Part shown: piece by piece, positions 8,470 through 17,508 of the stretch | Numbering within the stretch: the first letter of the stretch is position 1 | Layout of the letters: every line of letters starts with the position of its first letter | Assembly (NCBI RefSeq): GCF_002455655.1 | Contig: NZ_DKLF01000097.1 | Length of the DNA stretch: 64,000 nt | Direction: 5' to 3' (one strand) | Source: Oscillibacter sp. UBA6647 | GTDB taxonomy: Bacteria > Bacillota > Clostridia > Oscillospirales > Oscillospiraceae | Made by a program: the position numbers and the translations under genes | Notes under the pieces: generated by a model | What the model was told of the DNA's origin: nothing | What the model saw: the letters and a program-made list of their open reading frames with translations, nothing else | Database searches by the model: none

Positions 8470-9849
8470 ATGGATACCATTGCCGCCATCGCCACGGGGA
8501 AAGCCCCCGTGGCAATCGGCGTGATTCGGATTTCCGGCCCGGAGACGGACGCGGTGGTGGGCCGGGTGTTTCACCCGGACTGCCAGAAGGATTTTTCAGT
8601 GCTGGAGCCCCGCAAGCTTTTCATGGGCCGGATGCTGGACGCGGAAGGCCGCGTGCTGGACAGCGGCATGGCCGTCCGTTTCCCCGGCCCCGCCAGCTAT
8701 ACCGGCGAGGACAGCGCGGAACTTCACTGTCACGGTTCCCCCGTGGCGATGGGAGAGCTTTTATTGGCTCTGTTTGCCGCCGGTGCGCGGCAGGCCCGGC
8801 CCGGAGAATTTACCCAGCGGGCCTTTTTAAACGGCAAGTTGGACTTGACGCAGGCAGAGGCCGTCATTGACCTTATTGAAGCAGAAAGCCCTGCCGCCGC
8901 CCGAAACGCCGCCATGCAGGTAAACGGGGCGCTGGGCCGCAGCCTGTCCGCCGTTTATGAAAACCTGACAGCCATTGCCTCTCAATTCTACGCCGTGGTG
9001 GACTATCCCGACGAGGACATTGAGGATTTGGACGCAGAGAGACTGACCGCCACTCTCCGGGAATCAGAGGAACTTCTGGCCCGTTTGCTTGCCACATGGA
9101 ACCGGGGCCGCCTTTTGAAATCCGGCGTGCGCACTGCCATTATTGGGCGGCCCAACGCGGGAAAATCCTCTCTGCTGAACGCGCTGGCGGGCTTTGACCG
9201 GTGCCTTGTCACTGACGTGCCTGGAACCACGCGGGACACGGTGGAGGAGTCTGTCCTCTGCGGCGGCGCACTGCTGCGGCTGATCGACACTGCCGGTATC
9301 CGGGAGACGGAGGACTTGGTGGAACGGCTGGGGGTGGAGCGGTCTAAGTCTGCCGTGGAGGGAGCCGATCTGGTCCTCGCCGTGCTGGACGGAACTGCGG
9401 AATTTACGAAGGAGGACGGTGCGATTTTGGAGCTGGCAAGCCGCTGCCCCCACTGGCTTTTGATCCTTACCAAACAGGATTTGCAAAACAGCGGCGCAGA
9501 GATTTTAACCCTTCCCGTGGAGTTGTCAATTTCGCCGGAGAGAATCATCTCCCTCAGCTCCGTCACCGGACAGGGGCTGGACACGCTGGAATCCGCCGTT
9601 GCCGCGCTCTTCCCCGCCGGGACGGAGGACGCCGGATCGCTTTTGACCGATCCCCGGCAGGCGGACGCCGTAGGCCGGGCCCGGTCCGCTCTTTGCCGGG
9701 GGCTGGACGCGCTGCGCGCCGGGCTGACCCCGGACGTGGTTCTGGCAGACACAGAGGAAGCCATGGGCGCAATCGGGGAGCTGACGGGCCGCACCGCCAA
9801 AGAGGACATCGTATCTGCCATCTTCTCCCGGTTCTGCGTCGGCAAGTAG
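8470..9849 (+). CDS. mnmE: tRNA modification GTPase MnmE
   Basis: DTIAAIAT, SYTGED, GEFTQRAFLNGKLDLTQAEA, GRPNAGKSSL, GTTRD, DTAG, C-terminal FCVGK. Confidence 0.97.
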   Translation: MDTIAAIATGKAPVAIGVIRISGPETDAVVGRVFHPDCQKDFSVLEPRKLFMGRMLDAEGRVLDSGMAVRFPGPASYTGEDSAELHCHGSPVAMGELLLALFAAGARQARPGEFTQRAFLNGKLDLTQAEAVIDLIEAESPAAARNAAMQVNGALGRSLSAVYENLTAIASQFYAVVDYPDEDIEDLDAERLTATLRESEELLARLLATWNRGRLLKSGVRTAIIGRPNAGKSSLLNALAGFDRCLVTDVPGTTRDTVEESVLCGGALLRLIDTAGIRETEDLVERLGVERSKSAVEGADLVLAVLDGTAEFTKEDGAILELASRCPHWLLILTKQDLQNSGAEILTLPVELSISPERIISLSSVTGQGLDTLESAVAALFPAGTEDAGSLLTDPRQADAVGRARSALCRGLDALRAGLTPDVVLADTEEAMGAIGELTGRTAKEDIVSAIFSRFCVGK

Positions 9850-9942
9850 TTGGGAGGTTTTTAAAGCTTTGGCAGGACACACAGCCGGGGAGGCTCGCCT
9901 GCTTTGCCAGCCCTATCTGATATTGGTTTCCGCAAAATACGA

Positions 9943-9971
9943 TTTACAAAACCAGATAATTGTGGTATTCT
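9943..9971 (+). promoter_or_regulatory. sigma-A promoter
   Basis: TTTACA-17 nt-TATTCT with TG extension. Confidence 0.55.
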
Positions 9972-10009
9972 CTCTGTAAATGAAGCCCATTTTGAGAGGG
10001 GGACGCATA

Positions 10010-10582
10010 ATGGAGGATCAGACGCACTTACAGGCGCGTTTGCGGGAGCAGCGCCCAGTGGATTGGGACCAGCTTCCCGACTTTTCCCTGTACATGGATC
10101 AGGTACTCAGCTATATGGACCGGCAGGTTCTGCGCTTTGACGGGGACGACGGACTGACCGCCGCCATGGTGAACAACTACACCAAGGCCGGGCTGCTCCC
10201 CCGCGCCGATGGGAAGAAATACAGCCGGGAGCATCTGGCATATCTTACGGTGATCTGCGTGCTCAAGCAGGTCTTTTCCGCCAAGGACATGAACCTTTTG
10301 CTGGATCAGGAGCTGAAGGACTCCGGCAGCGTGGAGGCAGGCTACCGCACTTTCTGCCGCAGCCTGGACTCCTCCATGGCGCTTACCGCCGGCCAGATGG
10401 ACCAGCACCAAGACCCGGAAAAGCTGGCGGACTCGGCCATTCACTTTGCTCTTTTAAGCTATGCCGCCGGGGCGGCCAGCCGCCGGTATGTGACGCTGCT
10501 GCGCCACCGCCGGGGCGAGATGGAGGAAAAGCCGGTCCGCGAGAAGCGGAGTCGGCAGAAGAAAGAGGAGGATGCGGAATGA
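10010..10582 (+). CDS. DUF1836 family protein
   Basis: WDQLPDFSLYMDQV...LTAAMVNNYTK..LLP...KKYSREHLAYL signature. Confidence 0.8.
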   Translation: MEDQTHLQARLREQRPVDWDQLPDFSLYMDQVLSYMDRQVLRFDGDDGLTAAMVNNYTKAGLLPRADGKKYSREHLAYLTVICVLKQVFSAKDMNLLLDQELKDSGSVEAGYRTFCRSLDSSMALTAGQMDQHQDPEKLADSAIHFALLSYAAGAASRRYVTLLRHRRGEMEEKPVREKRSRQKKEEDAE

Positions 10583-11460
10583 TGCGCGATTTTGTAATTT
10601 TGACCGACAGTAGCTGCGACCTGTCCGCCGACATGGCGGCAGAGCTGGAGCTGGAGGTTCTTCCCCTGAGCTTTCATATCGGGGAGCAGGAATATCACAA
10701 TTATCTGGACGGGCGCGAGCTTGGCTTTTTGGAGTTTTTTGAAAAGATACGCGCAGGAGAGACAGGCACCACCTCCGCCATCAACGTGGGCGCTTTCGAG
10801 GCAAAAATGCGGGAGATTCTCTCTCAGGGAAAGGACATTTTGTGCCTGAGCTTTTCCTCGGGCCTGTCCACCACCCATCAGTCCGCCGCCATTGCGGCGG
10901 ATGACCTGCGGCCGGAGTTTCCAGAGGCCAAAATTTACGTGGTGGACTCTTTGTGCGCCTCAATGGGGCAGGGACTGTTTGTATGGCTTTGCGCCGGGCA
11001 GAAGAAGGCCGGAAAAAGCATCGACGAGGTGCTGGCCTATGCGGAGGAAGAAAAATATCATGTGTGCCACTGGTTCACGGTGGACGATTTGAACCACCTG
11101 AAGCGAGGCGGCCGCATCAGCGCCACCACCGCCTTATTTGGCACGATGCTGTCCATCAAGCCCGTGATGCACATGGACAACGAGGGACATCTTATCCCTG
11201 TCAGCAAGGCCCGGGGCCGCAGGGCTTCTTTGATGACACTGGTGGACGAAATGGAGCGCCTTTCCGTAAATCCCGCCCAGCAGACTATCTTTATCAGCCA
11301 CGGAGACTGCTATGACGACGCGAAGCTGGTGGCCGACGAGATTACCCGCCGCTTCGGCACACCCAGTGAAAATATACATATCAATTACGTAGGCCCTGTC
11401 ATCGGCAGCCACACGGGCTGCGGCGTGGTGGCGCTGTTTTTCCTTGGCACGGAGCGCTGA
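10579..11460 (+). CDS. DegV family fatty acid-binding protein (FakB-like)
   Basis: ILTDSSCDL, SSGLSTT, VVDSLCASMGQG, LKRGGRIS, GPVIGSHTG. Confidence 0.93.
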   Translation: MMRDFVILTDSSCDLSADMAAELELEVLPLSFHIGEQEYHNYLDGRELGFLEFFEKIRAGETGTTSAINVGAFEAKMREILSQGKDILCLSFSSGLSTTHQSAAIAADDLRPEFPEAKIYVVDSLCASMGQGLFVWLCAGQKKAGKSIDEVLAYAEEEKYHVCHWFTVDDLNHLKRGGRISATTALFGTMLSIKPVMHMDNEGHLIPVSKARGRRASLMTLVDEMERLSVNPAQQTIFISHGDCYDDAKLVADEITRRFGTPSENIHINYVGPVIGSHTGCGVVALFFLGTER

Positions 11461-11542
11461 GAAACCGGGGCCCGACAGGACCCCCGCACAGGCCAATTAA
11501 AATACGGTCCGTCGAGGCGGATGAAACGGGAGGCGCAGCCTG

Positions 11543-12502
11543 ATGAACTGGCTGGAGGTCCATATAGATACAAACCACGAGGGGTTGGAGGCAACGGAGG
11601 CATTTCTCTCGGGCCTTGGCATCGACGGCGTGGTAGTTGACGATGAAACAGAGTTTCACACATTTTTGGAGGAAAACCGGCAGAGCTGGGATTACGTGGA
11701 CGAAGACCTCTTGAAAAAGGAGTCCGGCGTGTCTCGCATTACCTTTTACTTAGAGGAGAACGAGGCGGGCTTTGCCCAACTGGGAGAGGTTCGCATTGCT
11801 TTGGAAGAATTCAGGCGCACCCATTCCGGCTGCGGGACGCTTTTGATGACGATGGAATCCCTGAAGGAAGAGGACTGGGCCTACGGCTGGCAAAAGTATT
11901 ATAAGCCCCTGAACATCGGAAGCCGCCTGCTGGTGATTCCCCAGTGGGAACAGGACACTGTGAATCCCGGGGACCGGGTGCCTCTTATTCTGGACCCCGG
12001 CCTTGCCTTCGGCACCGGGAGCCACGCCACCACCCGACTGTGCCTTGAGGCATTGGAGCAGGCGGTGAAACCCGGCGATACCGTGCTGGATTTGGGCTGC
12101 GGCAGCGGCATTCTCTCCATCGCGGCACTGAAGCTGGGGGCCGCCTCCGCCACAGCGGTGGACATTGACGCAAACTGCATCAACGTTGCCTATGAAAATG
12201 CGGCGCTCAACGGCGTGGGCCGGGACCGGTATACCGTCCTCTCCGGCGACGTGTTGGGTGATGAGGGCCTCGTTTCCTCCCTTGGCGGAAATTACGACAT
12301 TGTGACGGCCAACATCGTGGCGGACGTGATTTTGGGCCTTGCGCCCATGGCGCGGCAATTTTTAAAGCCACGGGGCCTGTTCCTGTGCTCCGGAATCATT
12401 GACGACCGGGCTGTGGAGGTGGCGGACGGACTGCGCCGCTGCGGCTGGGCGATTCTGGAATCCCACGAAGACGGCGGCTGGTTCGCCTTTGTCTGCCGCT
12501 GA
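11543..12502 (+). CDS. prmA: Ribosomal protein L11 methyltransferase
   Basis: EEDWA..WQKYYKP, LDPGLAFGTGSHATT, LDLGCGSGIL, ANIVADV, SGII. Confidence 0.95.
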   Translation: MNWLEVHIDTNHEGLEATEAFLSGLGIDGVVVDDETEFHTFLEENRQSWDYVDEDLLKKESGVSRITFYLEENEAGFAQLGEVRIALEEFRRTHSGCGTLLMTMESLKEEDWAYGWQKYYKPLNIGSRLLVIPQWEQDTVNPGDRVPLILDPGLAFGTGSHATTRLCLEALEQAVKPGDTVLDLGCGSGILSIAALKLGAASATAVDIDANCINVAYENAALNGVGRDRYTVLSGDVLGDEGLVSSLGGNYDIVTANIVADVILGLAPMARQFLKPRGLFLCSGIIDDRAVEVADGLRRCGWAILESHEDGGWFAFVCR

Positions 12503-12511
12503 GGGGGATGC

Positions 12512-13507
12512 ATGGAAAAACTGCAAAAGCTCGACCGGTTTCTTTCGGATAAGATTCTCTGGTTTACCATCGCCTCCCTGCTGCTAGGCATCTTTTTCTG
12601 CAAGCCCTTCAGCGTGCTGGTCCCCTTTACGCCCGTGATTTTTGCAGCCATGACGTTTATCAACACGCTGGGATGCAGTTTTCGGCAGATTGGACATGTG
12701 GCAACCCACCCCATCCCCGTGCTGGTAGTTTTGGTACTGCTGCATCTGGTGGTTCCGGTTTTATGTCTGGGACTTTGCACTCCGCTGTTTCCGGACAATC
12801 CGCTGTTTACCACCGGGCTGGTGCTGAACTTTGTGCTGCCCACCGGTGTAGTTTCCCTGATGTGGGTGACCATTGGCCGGGGCAACCTGCCCCTGTGCCT
12901 GTCGGCCCTGCTGCTGGACACGCTGCTCTCCCCTCTTATGGTTCCTTTAAGCATGAAGCTGCTGGTGGGCTCTATGGTGGTGATGGACGCATCGGGCATG
13001 ATGAAGGATCTCCTGTTCATGGTGGCGCTGCCCGCCACCATCGCCCTGCTGTGCCACCGCATCCGGGGCGGACAGGCCGCGGAACAGTGGAAACCGCGCC
13101 TTTCTCCCTTTGCAAAACTTCTGATGTTTCTCATCATCGTCTCCAATGCCACAGGCGTGGCTCCGTTTTTGAAATCTGTCACCCCCACTCTGCTGGCGGT
13201 CATTGTGGTGCTGGTTGGCCTGTCCGTGTTTTCCTACTTTCTGGGCTGGTTTGTATCCCACCGCCTGATGCGGTTGGACTTCCCCTCTGTGCAGACTGTG
13301 ACAATTGTCACCGGCGCTCGGAACATCAGCGCAGGCGCTGTGCTGGCAGCGCAGTATTTTCCCCCGGACGTGCTGTTTCCCGTGGCCTTTGCTCCGATTT
13401 TTACCCAGATTATGATGGCTGTTGCGGTGAAGCTTCTGCGAAGAACCAAAGCCGGACAGGCGGATCAGGCGGCTTGGGAGGCAGAATCGGCGTCTGCGCC
13501 CCAGTAA
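12512..13507 (+). CDS. Bile acid:sodium symporter (BASS/SBF) family transporter
   Basis: About 9-10 hydrophobic segments; LPTGVVSLMW...GRGN, DTLLSPLMVP, GARNISAG motifs. Confidence 0.82.
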   Translation: MEKLQKLDRFLSDKILWFTIASLLLGIFFCKPFSVLVPFTPVIFAAMTFINTLGCSFRQIGHVATHPIPVLVVLVLLHLVVPVLCLGLCTPLFPDNPLFTTGLVLNFVLPTGVVSLMWVTIGRGNLPLCLSALLLDTLLSPLMVPLSMKLLVGSMVVMDASGMMKDLLFMVALPATIALLCHRIRGGQAAEQWKPRLSPFAKLLMFLIIVSNATGVAPFLKSVTPTLLAVIVVLVGLSVFSYFLGWFVSHRLMRLDFPSVQTVTIVTGARNISAGAVLAAQYFPPDVLFPVAFAPIFTQIMMAVAVKLLRRTKAGQADQAAWEAESASAPQ

Positions 13508-13531
13508 AGGCTTTCTCCGAATGCATCCGTT

Positions 13532-13570
13532 CCCCCAAAGCAGCTGAGCTGCTTTGGGGGCTTTTTTGTT
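13532..13570 (+). terminator. Intrinsic terminator
   Basis: CCCCCAAAGCAGC-TGA-GCTGCTTTGGGGG followed by CTTTTTTGTT. Confidence 0.85.
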
Positions 13571-13598
13571 TTCAAAGAGCGCCGCAAGCAAAATTCCC

Positions 13599-13627
13599 TC
13601 ATATCCGCAGCACCTCTTTCATACGCT
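13599..13627 (+). promoter_or_regulatory. Putative sigma-E (mother-cell sporulation) promoter
   Basis: TCATA-16 nt-CATACGCT fits the sigmaE consensus ATA-N16-18-CATAnnnT. Confidence 0.5.
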
Positions 13628-13711
13628 GGGAATATCATAAATCAAGCGGGCGAAGGTTGACGTGCGTTTTGCTGTCAACGCCCCCGGTGTCGGATATAAG
13701 GAGGATGCGGT

Positions 13712-13960
13712 ATGCGAAAAATGCCGACAACAAGACCGCCCAACACGGTCCCGACCTACTGCCGGATTCTGCGGGGAACCGGCCCCGCTTCCATTCGCCA
13801 GCATGTGGGCTATCTTGTCTATATATGGACCGTCTACGGCGACGGCTTTTGGATGTACCCCACGGAGGTACACGGTGGAATTCTGTACGGCTACATATGG
13901 AAATCAGCCCATTATGAATATTCCCAGTTGCGCGTCTCACTGGTAGACTGCCTTTATTAA
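13712..13960 (+). CDS. Small (82 aa) aromatic-rich hypothetical protein, possibly spore-associated
   Basis: Strong AAGGAGG RBS; pattern P..IR...YIW...G.GFW.YP......GY.W recalls a small uncharacterised protein family of spore-forming Firmicutes (from memory). Confidence 0.7.
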   Translation: MRKMPTTRPPNTVPTYCRILRGTGPASIRQHVGYLVYIWTVYGDGFWMYPTEVHGGILYGYIWKSAHYEYSQLRVSLVDCLY

Positions 13961-14041
13961 CGCGCCCGCTGCGCCCCTCTCGCGCGCGGGCGTTGGTGCT
14001 TTGGACCAAAACATATAAGAGTTCATGCAAGGAGGGATTCT

Positions 14042-15769
14042 ATGCCCCCACAGCCGGTGCGCCTTGAGAAGTTGACCCGGTTTGAATTCAACGAATTTAC
14101 CGAAAGCGGCTTGCTGGAGGTCATTGTCAAATACAACGGAAATCTTCTAAGTATCGGCGCGCTGCTTGGCGCCGATATTGAACTGCTCAGCCCCGATTAC
14201 GCCATCATCACCCTGCCGGTGGACCGGCTGGCGGAGCTTTACGGATTTCCGCAGATTGAGTTTATCGAGCTGCCCAAGGTCCTTACCTTTATGCTGCGGA
14301 ACAGTTTGGAGAACGCCTGCGTCCCTCCCGTCCAGCGGCCCGACACCTTTGGACTGACGGGCGCCGGGGTCATTGTGGGCATCATTGATTCCGGCATTGA
14401 TTACACGCATCCCGACTTTCGGAATCCTGACGGCAGCACTCGGATTCTTTATCTCTGGGACCAGACCGCCGCAGGGTCGCCTCCGGCAGGCTTTCGCAGC
14501 GGCACAGAATACACCAGTATTCAAATTGACGAGGCTTTGGCAAGCCCGAACCCCCGTGCCGTTGTTCCCTCCGTGGATACTGCGGGCCATGGAACGGCGG
14601 TGGCGGGCATTGCCGCCGGAAACGGGGCCTCCAGCGGCGGCGTGGAAGTGGGCGTTGCCCCGAAGGCAAGCCTGATTGTGGTAAAACTGGGCCACACAGG
14701 AAACGAATCCTTTACCCGTACCACGGAAATTATGCGGGGAGTGAAATACCTGTCTGACAAAGCGTTGGCGCTGAACATGCCCCTGAGCATCAATCTCAGC
14801 TACGGCACCAACAACGGCTCTCACACCGGCGATTCCCTGTTCGAGCAGTACTTAAACTCTATGTGTGAGCGCTGGAAAACCGTTATGTCCGTGGCCACCG
14901 GAAACGAGGGCGGTGCGTCTCACCACTACCATGGAAAGCTTTCGGCCAACGAGACTTCCACCATCGAGTTCGCCGTCACGGGTCTTCCCCGGCGGCTTTA
15001 CATGACCCTGTGGAAAAATTTTGCAGACACCGTTACGTATGAGCTGCTCAGCCCCAGCGGAAGGTCCACGGGGATTATCCAGTCCCTGCAAAGCGTTACC
15101 CATACGACGCTGGACGGCACGGAAATCTCTGTTATTTACGCCCAGCCCAACCACTACACCGTTCAGCAGGAGGTCTACTTTCTCTTTTCCACGCTGGGAA
15201 CAGGCGTCTCTTCGGGGGTGTGGCGATTGATTGCCCGGGCGGGTGAAATTGTGGACGGAGAGTTTAACATCTGGCTTCCCACCGTGGAGGATGTGACCCG
15301 AAACACGGCCTTTCTCCGGGCCGACGTGAATCTCACGCTGACCCTGCCCTCCACCGTCCAGAATGTAATTTCCGTGGGGGGGTACAACGCGATGCTGCGC
15401 ATCGCCACCGTGTTTTCCGGGCGGGGCGCCTTGGGTGAAAACGGCCTGCGCATCAAGCCCGATCTGGTGGCGCCCAGCGTCAGCGTCCTTACCACCCGGG
15501 CCGGCGGCGGGTATGACGCCTATACCGGCACCAGTATGGCCGCCCCCTTTGTAACGGGGGCGGCGGCCCTGATGATGGAGTGGGGCATTGTCATGGGAAA
15601 CGACCCGTTTTTATATGGCCAGCGAGTGAAGGCCTTTTTACGCAAAAGTGCCAACCGGCAGTTTTCAGCCGTGTTCCCCAGCAACCAGTGGGGCTACGGT
15701 GCGCTGAGCGTTTGCGAAGCCATGGGAGATTTGGTGGAATATACAAGGACGGGGGGCGCGTTTTCATGA
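14042..15769 (+). CDS. cspB: S8 subtilisin-like germination protease, CspB-like
   Basis: Prodomain IVKYNG...ELL...YAIIT...IEFIELP as in CspB; triad motifs GIIDSGID, GHGT, GTSMAAP; MEWGIVMGNDPFLYG; C-terminal WGYG. Confidence 0.85.
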   Translation: MPPQPVRLEKLTRFEFNEFTESGLLEVIVKYNGNLLSIGALLGADIELLSPDYAIITLPVDRLAELYGFPQIEFIELPKVLTFMLRNSLENACVPPVQRPDTFGLTGAGVIVGIIDSGIDYTHPDFRNPDGSTRILYLWDQTAAGSPPAGFRSGTEYTSIQIDEALASPNPRAVVPSVDTAGHGTAVAGIAAGNGASSGGVEVGVAPKASLIVVKLGHTGNESFTRTTEIMRGVKYLSDKALALNMPLSINLSYGTNNGSHTGDSLFEQYLNSMCERWKTVMSVATGNEGGASHHYHGKLSANETSTIEFAVTGLPRRLYMTLWKNFADTVTYELLSPSGRSTGIIQSLQSVTHTTLDGTEISVIYAQPNHYTVQQEVYFLFSTLGTGVSSGVWRLIARAGEIVDGEFNIWLPTVEDVTRNTAFLRADVNLTLTLPSTVQNVISVGGYNAMLRIATVFSGRGALGENGLRIKPDLVAPSVSVLTTRAGGGYDAYTGTSMAAPFVTGAAALMMEWGIVMGNDPFLYGQRVKAFLRKSANRQFSAVFPSNQWGYGALSVCEAMGDLVEYTRTGGAFS

Positions 15770-17472
15770 ATGGGACGGAGTCCGCCCAGCAGCCCCCCAA
15801 CTCTTCCGATGCGGTGACGTTTGTCCTGCGAAAAAATGCATTTATCGACCAGCTTCTTCAAAACACCCCCGCTATTCACACCACGCAGCTTCTGGCCGGA
15901 AGATATCTGGTCTGCTACACGGACACGGTGACCTTTAACAACCTGATCAGCCAGTTCGGCTCCAGCTTCATCAGCTACATCTCCTTGGTGCTGGGCCTTC
16001 TCGACAGCGCAAACCTGTCGGCCGCGGGCATCATTCAGGTCCAGCAGCAGCCTTATCTTGATCTGCGGGGGCAGGGCGTGCTGATGGGCTTTGTGGACAC
16101 CGGCATCGATTATACGCAAAGCGCGTTTCGCTATCCCGACGGCACCAGCAAAATTCAGTATCTCTATGACCAGACGGTGGACGGACCATTTCCCGAAGGA
16201 TTTTTTATTGGTACCGAATATACCAATACGCAGATTAACGAGGCCCTGCGCAACCCAGATCCCTATGAGCTGGTCCCTCAAAAGGACGAGAGCGGCCACG
16301 GCACTTTTTTAGCGTCCGTGGCGGCGGGGACCGCGTCCGGGGACTTTATTGGGGCCGCGCCGGAATCGGAGCTGATTGTGGTAAAGCTGCGCAAGGCAAG
16401 TCCCTTTTACCTTAATTGGTTTGCCGTTCCGTCGTGGCAGCAATACGCCTATGAGTCTACCGACATTATGATCGGCGTGGAGTACATTGTAAAAAAAGCC
16501 CGAGAGCTGGACCGTCCAGTGGTTATCTGCATCGGCCTTGGCACCACCTTCGGCGCGCACGACGGCTTTTCTATTTTTGAGGAATACCTCAGCAACATCG
16601 CAAACCTTCGTGGCGTTTGCGTGTGCACCGCCGCCGGAAATGAAAGTCAGGCCCGCCACCATATGCAGGGTACAATTGTCGAAAAGGGCTCCACCCGAAA
16701 CATTGATTTAAAAGTGGGCGAAGACGCGGGCAACGTCATCCTCGGTATCTGGAACACCATTGCGGACAAAATTTCTCTATCTGTCCGCTCCCCCACGGGG
16801 GAGTTGGTGGGACGAATTCCCTCCCGGCCCGGGGCCTTCAGCCGCTCCAATCTGATTTTGGAGAAATCCGCAGTTCAGGTGGAGTATTACTTTCCCTACG
16901 AGAGTACAGGAAGCCAGCTCTCCTCCGTAAACATTTATAACGCCACGCCGGGTATCTGGACAATCACGCTTTACGGAGACATTATTCTTGACGGTACGTT
17001 TCACGCCTGGCTGCCCCTTACCGGTTTCGTCTCTCCTACGGTGGAGCTTTTGTCCGCCACGCCTTATTATACCGTCACCTGCCCGTCCACCATGTTTGGC
17101 TCCATTAGCTGCGGCGCGTACAACAGCACCACCGGCAGCCTTTATCCCGACTCCTCCTGGGGGCCCACCCGGCTGGATCGGATGGCGCCGGACCTCGTGG
17201 CCCCGGGGGTAAACGTGGGGGGGATTTTTCCCACGGGCCCCGGCACCATGAGCGGAACCAGCGTGGCCTCGGCCATTACGGCGGGGGCCTGTGCGCTGAT
17301 GATGCAATGGGGCATTGTGGAGCGAAACGACCTTTCTTTTAGCACCTATCAGATTCGGGCCTATTTAATCCGCGGCTGCAACCGCAGCCCCACCATGACC
17401 TATCCCAACACCCAGTGGGGATATGGTTCCCTGAACCTGATTCAGACCTTTAACCTTATGCGGGAGCTGTGA
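15766..17472 (+). CDS. S8 Csp-family protease (CspA/CspC-like), paralog 1
   Basis: GFVDTGID, GHGTFLAS, AAGNE, SGTSVA, YPNTQWGYG; ATGA overlap with the cspB-like gene. Confidence 0.88.
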   Translation: MNGTESAQQPPNSSDAVTFVLRKNAFIDQLLQNTPAIHTTQLLAGRYLVCYTDTVTFNNLISQFGSSFISYISLVLGLLDSANLSAAGIIQVQQQPYLDLRGQGVLMGFVDTGIDYTQSAFRYPDGTSKIQYLYDQTVDGPFPEGFFIGTEYTNTQINEALRNPDPYELVPQKDESGHGTFLASVAAGTASGDFIGAAPESELIVVKLRKASPFYLNWFAVPSWQQYAYESTDIMIGVEYIVKKARELDRPVVICIGLGTTFGAHDGFSIFEEYLSNIANLRGVCVCTAAGNESQARHHMQGTIVEKGSTRNIDLKVGEDAGNVILGIWNTIADKISLSVRSPTGELVGRIPSRPGAFSRSNLILEKSAVQVEYYFPYESTGSQLSSVNIYNATPGIWTITLYGDIILDGTFHAWLPLTGFVSPTVELLSATPYYTVTCPSTMFGSISCGAYNSTTGSLYPDSSWGPTRLDRMAPDLVAPGVNVGGIFPTGPGTMSGTSVASAITAGACALMMQWGIVERNDLSFSTYQIRAYLIRGCNRSPTMTYPNTQWGYGSLNLIQTFNLMREL

Positions 17473-17508
17473 AACTCCTGTTATCACGCTTTGAAAGGAG
17501 GCCGTGCA

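Noticed and set aside
6242..8515. 757-aa antisense ORF over pnp, and similar long shadow ORFs (46-786, 1654-2739, 2736-3956, 4400-5485, 51503-52633, 53525-54922)
   Set aside because: They mirror well-supported genes, lack motifs, and are expected from GC-rich codon bias
15595..15601. Slippery heptamer G-GGA-AAC in cspB
   Set aside because: It encodes the conserved (M)GND motif, and a shift here would delete the conserved CspB C-terminus
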